64,000 bases of DNA, taken from NCBI GenBank assembly GCA_018658305.1, contig JABHVM010000040.1, positions 2,829 to 66,828 on the forward strand, read 5' to 3'. Below the pieces are notes generated by a model. That model was not told the origin of the DNA, did no database searches, and worked only from the letters and a program-made list of their open reading frames with translations. The DNA comes from Thiotrichales bacterium. GTDB taxonomy: Bacteria > Pseudomonadota > Gammaproteobacteria > GCF-002020875. Shown in pieces: positions 1 to 10,623 of this stretch (the stretch's first letter is position 1; the number at the start of each line of letters is the position of its first letter). The position numbers were made by a program, and so were the translations under genes.

Positions 1-916
1 TGCGAGCCACAAGGTCTCGACCATCCTCCTCTTTACGCAACAGAAGTAACACTCCGTTTTCCTCTTGCGAAACTCTATGCATATCCCGCTCTAGAGTATG
101 TCCACACCCCTCTCCCTCAACAGAAAATAGATCACATAGCGTATCTAACATATGTACTCGCACCATTATCGGTTTCTCAGAGTCTATTTCACCTTTAACT
201 AGCGCTAGATGAACTTCATTATTAATTGACTCTCTATACGCTTTCACCTTGAACTCACCATACTTGGTATTGAGCACACTTTCTGCTTCAGCCTCAATGG
301 TCTTCTCATTTTTAATTCTATATTCGATAAGGTCTGCTACAGTTCCTAGCTTTAGATTATGCTTCTGTGCAAAAACTTCAAGGTCTGGACGACGCGCCAT
401 CGAACCATCCTCATTTAAGATCTCCACAATTACCGATGATGGCTCAAACCCAGCCAGCCGCGCAAGATCACAACCAGCTTCTGTGTGTCCAGCTCTAGTT
501 AAGACCCCTCCAGGTTGTGCCATTAATGGAAATACATGCCCAGGCATAACAATACTATCTGCAGTTGCATCCTCTGCAGTTGCTACCTGTATAGTCTTAG
601 CTCGATCAGCTGCAGAAATACCAGTAGTAACACCCTCTGCCGCCTCGATAGAGACTGTGAAGTTAGTACCATGCAGGTCATGATTAGTTCCCTGCACCAT
701 TAGTGGAAGATCTAACTGCTCACAACGGGTTTTACTTAAAGTTAAGCAGATTAATCCACGCCCATAACGAGCCATAAAGTTAATATCTTCTGTGGAGGCT
801 TTGGTAGCTGCCATTATTAGATCGCCTTCATTCTCACGATCCTCATCATCCATCAATACCACCATTTTACCTTGGCGAATATCCTCAACAATCTCTTCTG
901 GGCTATTTAATTTCAT
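1..916 (-). CDS. ribBA: Bifunctional 3,4-dihydroxy-2-butanone-4-phosphate synthase / GTP cyclohydrolase II, with the C-terminus cut by the window edge
   Basis: Reverse-strand translation from the ATG at 916 reads [46 protein letters not shown], the RibB N-terminal signature; the downstream part matches the GTP cyclohydrolase II domain. The gene runs off the window start. The forward ORF 249..683 is antisense to it. Confidence 0.85.
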   Translation of the reverse strand, partial: MKLNSPEEIVEDIRQGKMVVLMDDEDRENEGDLIMAATKASTEDINFMARYGRGLICLTLSKTRCEQLDLPLMVQGTNHDLHGTNFTVSIEAAEGVTTGISAADRAKTIQVATAEDATADSIVMPGHVFPLMAQPGGVLTRAGHTEAGCDLARLAGFEPSSVIVEILNEDGSMARRPDLEVFAQKHNLKLGTVADLIEYRIKNEKTIEAEAESVLNTKYGEFKVKAYRESINNEVHLALVKGEIDSEKPIMVRVHMLDTLCDLFSVEGEGCGHTLERDMHRVSQEENGVLLLLRKEEDGRDLVAR

Positions 917-981
917 ACTCTGTTCTGTACACTCATTTAATGTTATTAAATTTATTATGACTATTTTTCACTCTTAAGATT

Positions 982-1644
982 TTATCTTGAGAGAAAACCG
1001 TTTTCTGCTAAAAATTCCATACTAATGCCGCCTACTCCTGACTCTGCTGCTCTATCTCCGAGCATCATCCTCTCTAGATAGCGAGCAATAAGATCAACCT
1101 CTAAATTTACTTTTGTCCCCACCACAAACTCGCTCATAGTGGTCTCTTGCAGCGTGTGGGGAACTATATTCAAATCAAACTCTGCACCGTCCACTCTATT
1201 TACTGTCAAACTTACTCCATTAACCGTAATTGAACCCTTCTCTGCAATATAGCGCGCCAACTCCGTAGGAGTTTTTATCTTAAACTGGATTGAACGTCCA
1301 TCTTCTGCTCTGCTTATCACCTCACCTACCCCATCCACATGCCCGCTTACCATGTGTCCGCCTAGCCTAGTAGTTGGAGTTAGAGCTTTTTCCAAATTAA
1401 CTGCTGAGCCAACTTTAAGATTTGCAAATGCGGTACGAGAAAGTGTCTCACCTGAAACATCGGCACTAAAGCCATCCCCTGGAAGTTCTACCGCAGTAAG
1501 ACATACTCCATTAACTGCAATACTATCACCAAGCAAGACATCACTAAGATCAAGTCCAAGTGTCTCAATAAACGCTCGCGCATCACTGCCCTTTCGTTCT
1601 AAGCGACCTATCCTCCCAACTGCTTCTATAATTCCTGTAAACAT
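982..1644 (-). CDS. ribE: Riboflavin synthase (alpha chain)
   Basis: N-terminus MFTGIIEAVGRI with tandem lumazine-binding repeats; sits in the conserved rib cluster. Confidence 0.9.
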   Translation of the reverse strand: MFTGIIEAVGRIGRLERKGSDARAFIETLGLDLSDVLLGDSIAVNGVCLTAVELPGDGFSADVSGETLSRTAFANLKVGSAVNLEKALTPTTRLGGHMVSGHVDGVGEVISRAEDGRSIQFKIKTPTELARYIAEKGSITVNGVSLTVNRVDGAEFDLNIVPHTLQETTMSEFVVGTKVNLEVDLIARYLERMMLGDRAAESGVGGISMEFLAENGFLSR

Positions 1645-1704
1645 AACTGCTAAGAATACACTATTTTATGACTGTTTGCTGTATCGTTTATCGAGCACAT
1701 ATTA

Positions 1705-2817
1705 TCAACTAGATATTATTTCAGAAACAACTTTTATATCATCACCAAAACTTTCTACCGAAGTTATCTTCATCTCGATCTTATCACTCATATTATCTAT
1801 CTTCAGGTCAAATAGTGGACGCGCTCCACTGCCCATCAGGACTGGTGCTATATAGGTAACTATCTCATCTACTAGATCAGCTTTAATAAGTGCGCCAGTA
1901 AGAGTTGCTCCTGCCTCTACCTGAACCTCGTTAATCTCCCTATCAGCTAAAATATTCATTAGCTTATTAAGATCAACTCCTCCATCTACTCGTGCTAATT
2001 TAATAGTATCTAGGAGGTTATTATTATGCTCGCCCATTTTCCAGAGAGGAGGATGACACTCTTCTGCTACCACCATCAACACATCCCCCTCAGTACCAAA
2101 TATTTTTGCATCTAGTGGAGTTTTACCATCGGGATCTAATACCACTCGCAGTGGGGCAATATAGTCATCTTCAATTTCACGCACATTAAGAGATGGATTG
2201 TCTGCAACAATAGTTCCGCTTCCAGTTAATATGGCAGAACTTCTGGCGCGCATCCTCTGTACATCTTGGCGTGATTCTATACCAGTAATCCATTTGCTTT
2301 CACCAGAACTCATAGCAGTTCTTCCATCTAAACTTTGCGCCATTTTAATTCGTATAAAAGGACGCTGCTTACGCATACGCATCATAAATCCAGAATTAAG
2401 AGTCTCACTCTTATCTTCTTGCACTCCACTAATAACCTCTATTTTGGCATCCTTTAATCTTTTCACCCCCTTGCCAGAGACCTCCGGATTCGGATCCTCA
2501 AGCGCAACTACAACTCGCTTAACTCCAGCCGCAATCAATGCATCACAACAGGGAGGAGTTCTACCAGTATGGCTACATGGTTCTAGAGTTACAAACACTG
2601 TGGCGTTAACTGTAGAGTTCCCAGACTCTGCCGCCATGCGTAGTGCATCTATCTCAGCATGCGCTCCGCCTGCGCGACGGTGAAGACCCTCTCCAATAAC
2701 CACATTGTCTTTAACAATTACACACCCTACCCTCGGGTTTGGATCTGTCGTATATAGAGCCTTAGCTGCCAGAGTATGGGCTCGTGCCATATGCTCGTTA
2801 ATAGCTTCAAGATTCAT
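1705..2817 (-). CDS. ribD: Bifunctional riboflavin deaminase/reductase RibD
   Basis: CMP/dCMP-deaminase zinc motif (HAEIDAL...PCSHTGRTPPC) followed by the RibD C-terminal reductase domain; overlaps nrdR by 11 nt. Confidence 0.9.
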   Translation of the reverse strand: MNLEAINEHMARAHTLAAKALYTTDPNPRVGCVIVKDNVVIGEGLHRRAGGAHAEIDALRMAAESGNSTVNATVFVTLEPCSHTGRTPPCCDALIAAGVKRVVVALEDPNPEVSGKGVKRLKDAKIEVISGVQEDKSETLNSGFMMRMRKQRPFIRIKMAQSLDGRTAMSSGESKWITGIESRQDVQRMRARSSAILTGSGTIVADNPSLNVREIEDDYIAPLRVVLDPDGKTPLDAKIFGTEGDVLMVVAEECHPPLWKMGEHNNNLLDTIKLARVDGGVDLNKLMNILADREINEVQVEAGATLTGALIKADLVDEIVTYIAPVLMGSGARPLFDLKIDNMSDKIEMKITSVESFGDDIKVVSEIISS

Positions 2818-3373
2818 CAGAACTATTTTTGGCTAAAGATTTCTTATACTCTTTGCGCAGTGGATCTTGATCATCTCCTGTTAAAAGTTGCATCTGCATA
2901 TCGTTACCTAACATTGTCTCTTTTTCTAACTTTTCAACCATCTCACGAAATGCATTTACATCTTGAAATCTGCGATAGACTGAAGCGAACCGAATATATC
3001 CAACATCATCGAGATTACGCAACTCATCCATAACCCAAGTGCCTATATCATTAGATGCTACTTCACGATCACCACTCTTGATCATGCGCCTACGAATGCG
3101 CTCAATCGCATCATTCACTTTTTCAGTCTCTACCGGCCGTTTCTCCAATGCTCGTTTAAAACCTTTACGCAACCTAACCTCATCAAACGCTTGACGACTT
3201 CCATCATTTTTTATAACTGTGGGAGGGGCAAGCTCTGCGCTCTCAAAAGTGGTGAAACGCATTCCACACTTAGAATTTTGACACTCTCTGCGGCGGCGAA
3301 CCTGATCACCATCACTTCCGAGACGAGAGTCAACAACTCTAGTGTCTACATCCTCACAGAATGGACAGCGCAT
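2807..3373 (-). CDS. nrdR: Transcriptional repressor NrdR
   Basis: MRCPFCEDVDTRVVDSR zinc ribbon plus an ATP-cone; the usual nrdR-ribD arrangement. It carries an unusually long, roughly 35-aa C-terminal tail. Confidence 0.85.
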   Translation of the reverse strand: MRCPFCEDVDTRVVDSRLGSDGDQVRRRRECQNSKCGMRFTTFESAELAPPTVIKNDGSRQAFDEVRLRKGFKRALEKRPVETEKVNDAIERIRRRMIKSGDREVASNDIGTWVMDELRNLDDVGYIRFASVYRRFQDVNAFREMVEKLEKETMLGNDMQMQLLTGDDQDPLRKEYKKSLAKNSSDES

Positions 3374-4633
3374 CTACTTATACACTGGGAAACGAGCACA
3401 TAACTCAAGCACCTTAGCTTTGACCGATTGTTGCATATCACTGCTATTAACATCATCCATCACATCGCACATCCATCCTGCAAGCTCAACGGCTTCAAGC
3501 TCGCCAAAACCACGGGTAGTAATGGCAGGAGTACCAACTCTAATTCCACTTGTTACAAATGGTGACTGAGGATCATTTGGGACAGCATTTTTATTAACTG
3601 TAATATTAGCTGCACCTAGTGCTGCATCAGCCTCTTTACCAGTAACTCCCTTCTTAATCAGGTCAACTAAGAAGAGATGGTTATCAGTTCCACCAGAGAC
3701 AACATTATAATCTCGCTCTAGAAAAACCTTAGCCATCGCCTGCGCATTAATTTTAACCTGTCGTTGATAAGCACTGAATGCTGGTTCCAAAGCCTCTTTA
3801 AAAGCAACGGCTTTAGCTGCGATCACATGCATCAATGGTCCACCTTGTGTGCCTGGAAATACTAAGGAGTTAAATTTCTTCTCTAACTCTGGGTTAGACT
3901 TAGCCAGAATCACTCCACCTCGTGGCCCACGCAATGTTTTGTGAGTTGTAGTGGTTGTAACATCTGCAATCTGTACTGGACTTGAATATTCACCTGCAGC
4001 AATAAGCCCCGCAACATGCGCCATATCAACAAATAGATAAGCTCCAACTTCATCTGCAATTTTACGAAAACGATCCCAGTCAATCTCACGAGAGTAAGCA
4101 GAGAATCCTGCCACAATCATTTTAGGTTTATGCTCTCGAGCTAGAGACTCCATCTCATCATAGTCTAGGATTCCTGTATCATTATTGAGACCATACTGTA
4201 CCGCATTATAAATCTTGCCAGAAAAATTTGGTTTAGCTCCATGAGTAAGATGCCCTCCAGCATCTAAGCTCATTCCTAAAATAGTATCACCTGGAAGGCA
4301 GAGTGCCTGATAGACCGCAGCGTTTGCTTGTGAGCCTGAGTGAGGTTGTACATTTGCATAATCAGCGCCGAATAGCTCCTTAACCCTATCAATTGCCAAC
4401 TGCTCTGCGACATCCACAAATTCGCAGCCACCGTAGTAACGCTTGCCAGGGTATCCCTCTGCATATTTATTAGTCAACTGCGACCCCTGCGCCTCCATCA
4501 CTCGAGGGCTGGCATAATTTTCTGAAGCGATCAACTCAATATGCTCCTCCTGCCTTACCTGCTCACTCTGCATCGCACTCCAAAGCTCATCATCGTATCC
4601 CGCTATGGTCATATCTTTTGAAAACATTAGCAA
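3374..4633 (-). CDS. glyA: Serine hydroxymethyltransferase
   Basis: 419 aa; PLP-lysine region [14 protein letters not shown]; close match to the GlyA family. Confidence 0.95.
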   Translation of the reverse strand: MLMFSKDMTIAGYDDELWSAMQSEQVRQEEHIELIASENYASPRVMEAQGSQLTNKYAEGYPGKRYYGGCEFVDVAEQLAIDRVKELFGADYANVQPHSGSQANAAVYQALCLPGDTILGMSLDAGGHLTHGAKPNFSGKIYNAVQYGLNNDTGILDYDEMESLAREHKPKMIVAGFSAYSREIDWDRFRKIADEVGAYLFVDMAHVAGLIAAGEYSSPVQIADVTTTTTHKTLRGPRGGVILAKSNPELEKKFNSLVFPGTQGGPLMHVIAAKAVAFKEALEPAFSAYQRQVKINAQAMAKVFLERDYNVVSGGTDNHLFLVDLIKKGVTGKEADAALGAANITVNKNAVPNDPQSPFVTSGIRVGTPAITTRGFGELEAVELAGWMCDVMDDVNSSDMQQSVKAKVLELCARFPVYK

Positions 4634-4679
4634 TTCCTCTTAAAAATATATCTAAAAATTATTTAGTACAGACATACAT

Positions 4680-4717
4680 TATCACTTAAAACAGTGCTTA
4701 TCACTTAAAATAGCGCT
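4680..4717. promoter_or_regulatory. Tandem 20-bp direct repeat (TATCACTTAAAAyAGyGCT, two copies) in the glyA upstream region
   Basis: Two adjacent near-identical copies (2 mismatches) about 50-85 bp upstream of the glyA start, inside the glyA-recQ spacer. Confidence 0.4.
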
Positions 4718-4786
4718 AATTCTACCACACAACTAGCTCTTCACTAAGGTGGCTCACTAAGATAGTATTGATACTAGCAGCCGTTA

Positions 4787-6604
4787 TTACAATCTATCAA
4801 CATAGTCCACAATCTCTTGAATGAAAATTTTCCCATAACGCTCCAGCTTTTTCTCTCCAACCCCATTTATCTGCAAGAACTCTGCATTAGTTTTAGGAAA
4901 ATATATTGCCATCTGGGTTAGTGCTGCATCTCCAAATACTGCAAACGGAGGCACTCCTCGCTCATCAGCAAGCTCTCTACGCAGCGATCGTAACAACTCA
5001 AACAGCAACTCATCTCTCCCCTCTAGCGACGCAACTGCCTTGTACTTCTGACTCCTCACTGAACGCACTTTAATTCTTGGTTTTGCGAGCTCTAATTTAA
5101 TTTCACCTTTAAGTAGAGCTCGCGCTTCCTCTGTCAATTTTAAAATTGAGTAGTTAGCAATGTCTTGAATTAAATATCCACGATGGATAAGCTGACGAAA
5201 AATACTAGTCCACTCTGCATCGCTATTATCTTTTCCTATACCGTAGGTGCTAAGTTCATCTCCTCGACGTTTACGAATATTTTCATTATCCATCCCTCGC
5301 AACACATCTATCACATAGCGCATCCCGTACGCCTGATTTACTCGATAGACACAAGAGAGAGCCTTCTGCGCATCAGTAGTTGCATCGTAACACTCTGGTG
5401 GATCAGAACAGACATCACAGTTACCGCAATCCTCTTTTAGATCCTCTCCAAAATAGGTAAGTACAACTCTTCTTCGACAAGTGAGTGCTTCTGCAAAAGC
5501 GATCATACTATTAAGCTTATGAGTCTCTATCCTAATCTGCTCTGGGTTATGGCTCTGCTCAACTAAATAACGAGCAGTCACCATATCTTGCGCTCCAAAC
5601 AGGAGAAGAGCCTCTGCAGGAAGACCATCTCGCCCTGCTCTTCCTGTCTCCTGATAATACCCTTCAATATTTTTAGGTAGATCATAATGGACAACAAAAC
5701 GGACATCTGGTTTATCTATACCCATTCCGAATGCGACTGTTGCAACAACCACATCAACTTCATCTCGCATAAACTTATCATGCGCTTCGTGTCTCCGTGC
5801 TGCGGATAGACCTGCATGATATGGGAGTGCATTAAATCCAGCTACCTGTAATCTATCAGCAACCTCCTCCACTCTCTTACGACTTAACGCATAGACGATG
5901 CCTACACTACCCTCCACTCTATTTAAAAATGATTTAAGTTGCTCAAACGGTTTGCTCTTCTCTAGAACGCTATAGCGAATATTGGGACGATCAAAGCCTG
6001 TGACATGCACTTTTGGACTCTGTAATTGGAGACGGTGAATTATATCTTTACGAGTTTGCGGATCTGCAGTAGCAGTCAAAGCTACCATAGGAATATTTGG
6101 AAAAATAGTGCGCAGCTCTCCTAACTGCACATACTCTGGCCTAAAGTCATGTCCCCACTGTGAGACGCAGTGAGCCTCATCTACAGCAAAGAGAGATATA
6201 TTTATCTCTGCAATACGGGCTAAGAAAGCCTGCGACATCAGGCGCTCTGGAGCAACATAAAGTAGATCAAGCTCTCCAGCATGAAATTTAGCCAAGATCA
6301 CTCTCGCCTGCTCTCCACTAAGCGAAGAGTTATAACAGGCGGCAGATACTCCATTAGCATGCAACGCATCAACCTGATCTTTCATCAGAGAGATTAGTGG
6401 CGAAATAACAATTGTAGTTCCAGACAGATGTAAGGCTGGAATTTGATAACAGAGAGATTTACCGCCGCCTGTCGGCATAAGGATAAAGGCATCCTCTTGT
6501 GCAATCACATCTGAGATAATCTTCTCTTGATAAGGACGAAATTCACTATACCCAAACACAGTTTGGAGGATGTTTTCTGCTTGATTATTTAGTTGAGTAC
6601 TCAT
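4787..6604 (-). CDS. recQ: ATP-dependent DNA helicase RecQ
   Basis: Contains the [10 protein letters not shown] Walker A motif, DEAH box, RQC zinc-binding cysteines and an HRDC-like C-terminus. The likely true start is MSTQLNN at 6604; the listed ORF extends to 6664. Confidence 0.9.
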   Translation of the reverse strand: MSTQLNNQAENILQTVFGYSEFRPYQEKIISDVIAQEDAFILMPTGGGKSLCYQIPALHLSGTTIVISPLISLMKDQVDALHANGVSAACYNSSLSGEQARVILAKFHAGELDLLYVAPERLMSQAFLARIAEINISLFAVDEAHCVSQWGHDFRPEYVQLGELRTIFPNIPMVALTATADPQTRKDIIHRLQLQSPKVHVTGFDRPNIRYSVLEKSKPFEQLKSFLNRVEGSVGIVYALSRKRVEEVADRLQVAGFNALPYHAGLSAARRHEAHDKFMRDEVDVVVATVAFGMGIDKPDVRFVVHYDLPKNIEGYYQETGRAGRDGLPAEALLLFGAQDMVTARYLVEQSHNPEQIRIETHKLNSMIAFAEALTCRRRVVLTYFGEDLKEDCGNCDVCSDPPECYDATTDAQKALSCVYRVNQAYGMRYVIDVLRGMDNENIRKRRGDELSTYGIGKDNSDAEWTSIFRQLIHRGYLIQDIANYSILKLTEEARALLKGEIKLELAKPRIKVRSVRSQKYKAVASLEGRDELLFELLRSLRRELADERGVPPFAVFGDAALTQMAIYFPKTNAEFLQINGVGEKKLERYGKIFIQEIVDYVDRL

Positions 6605-6635
6605 TGAGCCGAGAATTTTACTATAATTAACAGTA

Positions 6636-7388
6636 ATGAATATCAAGAAAAATATAACGAACATAACTGAGCGGATTAAAAATGCTACGAAGCTCTACGC
6701 TCGCTCACCAGATACAGTTAAACTACTTGCAGTTAGCAAAACCAAACCTTTAACTATGATTCAGGATGCATACACTGCTGGACAACGAGACTTTGGTGAA
6801 AACTATCTGCAAGATGCGCTTCCTAAAATTGAGACACTATCAGCTGACCCTAACTACAATGACATTATCTGGCACTTTATCGGCTCTATTCAATCTAATA
6901 AAACTAAAACTATTGCCGAAAATTTTAGTTGGGTGCACGGTGTAGACCGCTTAAAAATTGCTCGGCGCTTAGGTGAACAGCGTCCCGCAGAGCTTGGAAA
7001 TATTAACATCTGCATCCAAGTTAATAGCAGTAAAGAGAAGAGTAAATCTGGAGTTACCCTACAAGAGCTCCCTCAACTAATCAGTGAAATAAGAGATCTA
7101 CCAGGAGTGTCTCTGCGCGGACTTATGACTATCCCTGCAAACAGCACCCTAACTACTCCTGAGAGCAGTTCAGTAATAGAGAAGCAGCGCAAACCATTTA
7201 GAGAGTTACACAAAGCTTTAGAGCAGATTAACAACAATTCAACCCACGCAAGTGGCTCAACAGAAACAGATCTCGACACTCTATCTATGGGAATGTCTGG
7301 AGATTTAGAGGCGGCAATCGCAGAAGGAGCAACTATAGTGCGAGTTGGTACAGATATTTTTGGAATACGCGAGACTAATAACAGATAA
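6636..7388 (+). CDS. yggS: PLP-homeostasis protein YggS (PLPBP family)
   Basis: [12 protein letters not shown]-lysine motif; 250 aa; a TATAAT sits 8 nt upstream of the ATG. Confidence 0.85.
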   Translation: MNIKKNITNITERIKNATKLYARSPDTVKLLAVSKTKPLTMIQDAYTAGQRDFGENYLQDALPKIETLSADPNYNDIIWHFIGSIQSNKTKTIAENFSWVHGVDRLKIARRLGEQRPAELGNINICIQVNSSKEKSKSGVTLQELPQLISEIRDLPGVSLRGLMTIPANSTLTTPESSSVIEKQRKPFRELHKALEQINNNSTHASGSTETDLDTLSMGMSGDLEAAIAEGATIVRVGTDIFGIRETNNR

Positions 7389-8179
7389 TGAATCGTTCAC
7401 TCCCAACTCCACCAACCATCCTAACCTTTGGTGGACATGACCCCAGTGGTGGTGCAGGAATTCAAGCCGACATCGAAACCATCTCTGCACTAGGAGGACA
7501 CGCTGCAACCATCATCACTGCGCTCACCACGCAAGATAGTGGCAAAGTGTACAACTTCTACCCTGTTGACTCAGCTATCTTAACCGAACAGGCACAACTT
7601 ATATTTAACGACTTTAATGTTTCAGCAGTTAAGATAGGAATGGTCGGCTCTATTGAGATCTGTCACGCTATTCACACCATTATGCTGGAGTATCCAGAGA
7701 TACCTATTGTGCTAGACCCTGTCCTGAGTGGCGGCGGGGGAGGCACTCTCTCTGAAACTGAACTTGCTCATGCTATTGCAGAAAAACTTGCCCCTCTTGC
7801 TACTCTTATAACTCCAAACCGAAAGGAGTTGCTAAAACTTGGAACTACCAAAGAGCTAATCACTGCAGGAACAAAAAATATTTTGGTTACTGGAACTGAC
7901 CACCCACAACCAGATGAGGATAGCAGCTTAGTCCACCATCTCTTAACAGAAAGAAACGGCGCCACCAGCTCATTCACTGACCAGCGACTACCATATACCT
8001 ATCACGGCTCCGGATGCACGCTTGCCGCAGCAACAGCCTGCGGACTAGCCTTTGATAAAGATATCGGAGAAGCAATAAGAGATGGGCTTGAGTATAGTTG
8101 GCGCTCACTCAAAAATGGCTTCAAACCAGGAGCAGGACAACATTTTCCTCGGCGCATTCAACACAAACATCTAAAATGA
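7388..8179 (+). CDS. thiD: Hydroxymethylpyrimidine/phosphomethylpyrimidine kinase
   Basis: GGHDPSGGAGIQADI motif; TAATG overlap with yggS. Confidence 0.9.
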   Translation: MNRSLPTPPTILTFGGHDPSGGAGIQADIETISALGGHAATIITALTTQDSGKVYNFYPVDSAILTEQAQLIFNDFNVSAVKIGMVGSIEICHAIHTIMLEYPEIPIVLDPVLSGGGGGTLSETELAHAIAEKLAPLATLITPNRKELLKLGTTKELITAGTKNILVTGTDHPQPDEDSSLVHHLLTERNGATSSFTDQRLPYTYHGSGCTLAAATACGLAFDKDIGEAIRDGLEYSWRSLKNGFKPGAGQHFPRRIQHKHLK

Positions 8180-8817
8180 ACAATATGACAAACCGTATCA
8201 AAGGACTCTATCTCATCACCGACTACCACCTTTGTGAAAAAGTTGGACTGGTTCCCGCTGTTGCAGCTGCTATTCAAGGGGGTGCAAACATGGTGCAGTA
8301 CCGTAATAAGTATGCCACCAGAGATCGCAAACTATGGGAGGTACAGGATCTCATCACCCTCTGCCGCCCACTCGGCATTCCATTGATTGTTAATGATGAC
8401 ATTGAAATTGCATTAGAGAGCGGTGCAGATGGCGTTCATCTAGGTGGAGAGGATGGCTCAATTAAAGCGGCACGAGAGAAGCTGGGCGAGAAAGCAATTA
8501 TCGGTGCATCCTGTTATGACTCAATTGAAAGCGCCATCCAAGCAGCCGCTGATGGTGCAAGCTATCTCGCCTTTGGGCGCTTCTTCCCCTCACAGACCAA
8601 ACCTGACGCGGTCACCGCACCTATAGAAATAATTGAGCAGATCAAAATAGAACTTGGCAGTAGAGCGAATCTTCCCATTATCGCTATTGGGGGAATCAAT
8701 CAGCAAAACGCAGCATCACTCATAAAGGCAGGCGCCGATATGGTCGCTGTTGTGAATGCTGTTCTGGGTGCAGAAAATATTGAGAAAGCAAGCAGAGAGA
8801 TAAGCACGCTGTTCTGA
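8176..8817 (+). CDS. thiE: Thiamine-phosphate synthase
   Basis: ThiE-family TIM-barrel motifs (LYLITD...VQYRNK...GADGVHLG); ATGA overlap with thiD. Confidence 0.85.
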   Translation: MNNMTNRIKGLYLITDYHLCEKVGLVPAVAAAIQGGANMVQYRNKYATRDRKLWEVQDLITLCRPLGIPLIVNDDIEIALESGADGVHLGGEDGSIKAAREKLGEKAIIGASCYDSIESAIQAAADGASYLAFGRFFPSQTKPDAVTAPIEIIEQIKIELGSRANLPIIAIGGINQQNAASLIKAGADMVAVVNAVLGAENIEKASREISTLF

Positions 8818-8858
8818 GCGATACCATAATATAAGTATTAGCGCCTATTTTTCGCACA

Positions 8859-8987
8859 ATAAACAATAACGATGATCATGAGCGAAATTTTAGCTTGATC
8901 TACAGAATGGATGATAATAACCATAGCGGATATAGACTCTCTCCAGCATACGATATGGTGCCATCAATAGTGCCGGCGGCTCTCTAA
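8859..8987 (+). pseudogene. C-terminal remnant of a HipA-family serine/threonine kinase toxin
   Basis: The in-frame translation reads TTITDDHERNFSLIYRMDDNNHSGYRLSPAYDMVPSIVPAAL*. It keeps the HipA catalytic-loop motif DDHxKNFS and the downstream LSPAYD motif. The roughly 400 upstream codons of a full HipA are missing, and no hipB is nearby. Confidence 0.6.
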
Positions 8988-9143
8988 GCCAATAATTAAG
9001 CGTTGCGCTGATGCCGTCACTGCGGCAGTGAAAGCGTGACCAACATTTGCAGAAGAGTCTGGGGTATCTGAGGTAGAGGCAGAAAAAATCAAATCTCTAT
9101 TTCATCTATAGTTTCCTGTTTTTTTAGAGATCACAGTGTCAAC

Positions 9144-10355
9144 TTAATAGAGAAAACCAAAAAGGTAGAGAGGAATCTCATATTTACTACCATACAAAAT
9201 ATCATCTTTTACAAGGTAGGAACTTTCCAACTTTTTGCTAATCTGTTTTTTATCTTTACCTTTGCCACCTACCTCAAAAACAGTATCACCTACAATAAAA
9301 TCTCCCGTATTACTGTAAAAAATATTCTCCCCAGCGCCTCTCATCATATTTATAAAAAATATTTCTCTCACTGTACCTAGTTGTGCACTGTGCCCCACCT
9401 CTTCAGCAATTGCACTGTATAAGTTTGGATTATCCAAATATATCTTCTCTGTTTTTTTAAGAAGCGCACCCCCCGATTTCTCACTGCTCAACAGTTGAAC
9501 CAGTCCGCTCTCTGCTAATATCGTCAGGTAATTCTGAATCGTCTTATTATCCACACCAATATGTTTAGAGAGGTTATTCACATTCACTTTTCCAGGGGGA
9601 ATCGTTGAGAGATAAGCGATGATTCTTTTCAAATTTGAGAGACTTGCCGTTTTAAGGCTATAGAAATTTGAGATATCCTCATAGATAATCTTCTCCACAA
9701 TTCTCACGATTTTCTGTCGATAACTATCACTATCCTCCAGATAAAATGGATAGTAACCACTATTTAGATACGCTTTAAAGTGACCTTTGAGCTTTTTAAT
9801 TCCTGCGAGTTTTTTCTCAACCTCTGATCTCTCCTCTATAATCTCTCGATAACTAACCGATGGAATCTCTGCAACCTCATTAAAAAGCAGATACTCTCTA
9901 AATGACATTCCCTTTAACTTAAACATCACAGCACGACGCGACAGATCATAACTACTTTTCACTAGATCCATACTAGAACTTCCAGAGAATACGATCGTGA
10001 GATCTGGATAACTGTCATACAGATTTTTTAACGCTTGATCCCATCCACTGTATTTATGCACCTCATCAAGAAAGCAGTAACGCACACCGTAATCTTCATA
10101 GAGCGTTTGAATTAAATCAATCAGGCTGTTCTCAGAGAAATAGAGATGATCAATAGAGAGGTAAATCACCTCATCAAGGTTTTTGATTTGCGCCTTTATA
10201 TACTGTAAGAGTAGCGTTGTCTTGCCACTGCCACGCGGTCCAATCAGCCCTGTTAGACGATTAGAGAGATTGAACTCATGATAGAGATAGCGCTTATGAC
10301 GGTAATTCGTTGCGTTTAAGAGTCTCTTATAAGTATTGATGAAATCTGAAATCAT
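9144..10355 (-). CDS. AAA+ ATPase of the COG1373 family (AAA_14 N-domain plus DUF4143 C-domain)
   Basis: Walker A GPRGSGKTTLL and Walker B FLDEVH; the C-terminus has a DUF4143-like tail (GDFIVGDTVFEVGGKGK). GC is about 33%, far below the flanks. The listed TTG at 10370 is probably not the start; the ATG at 10355 (MISDFINTYKR) is. Confidence 0.7.
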   Translation of the reverse strand: MISDFINTYKRLLNATNYRHKRYLYHEFNLSNRLTGLIGPRGSGKTTLLLQYIKAQIKNLDEVIYLSIDHLYFSENSLIDLIQTLYEDYGVRYCFLDEVHKYSGWDQALKNLYDSYPDLTIVFSGSSSMDLVKSSYDLSRRAVMFKLKGMSFREYLLFNEVAEIPSVSYREIIEERSEVEKKLAGIKKLKGHFKAYLNSGYYPFYLEDSDSYRQKIVRIVEKIIYEDISNFYSLKTASLSNLKRIIAYLSTIPPGKVNVNNLSKHIGVDNKTIQNYLTILAESGLVQLLSSEKSGGALLKKTEKIYLDNPNLYSAIAEEVGHSAQLGTVREIFFINMMRGAGENIFYSNTGDFIVGDTVFEVGGKGKDKKQISKKLESSYLVKDDILYGSKYEIPLYLFGFLY

Positions 10356-10356
10356 T

Positions 10357-10400
10357 AGAGTATAGTCCAATATTGTTTTAAATATATTAGACTACACTCT
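10357..10400. promoter_or_regulatory. 11-bp inverted repeat (AGAGTATAGTC ... GACTACACTCT, 1 mismatch, 22-nt spacer) immediately upstream of ATPase gene 1
   Basis: Read directly from the sequence; begins 2 nt upstream of the ATG at 10355. Confidence 0.4.
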
Positions 10401-10623
10401 AACTAATAAGTCAACTCCATTTTTATCTCGTTAAAGTTATCTGTACTAAAACTGTACCTACCTTTTAATTCCTTAACGCAAGATCAGCAAGAAGCCAGGT
10501 TAATGGTTTTGGGTTACCTGTCGTTTGAGCATGGTGTAAATAGACATAGAACTCGCTATCAAAACTGAGTAGAGATCTAAACGAGAAATTGCTGCTTATC
10601 AATATATCTGTCAGGGTGAATAA

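Noticed and set aside
249-683. 144-aa forward ORF in the supplied track
   Set aside because: It lies antisense to a clearly conserved ribBA reading frame (RibB and GTP cyclohydrolase II motifs on the minus strand) and has a low-complexity Ser/Ala-rich translation.
1352-1855. 167-aa forward ORF spanning ribE and ribD
   Set aside because: Antisense to two conserved riboflavin genes; spurious.
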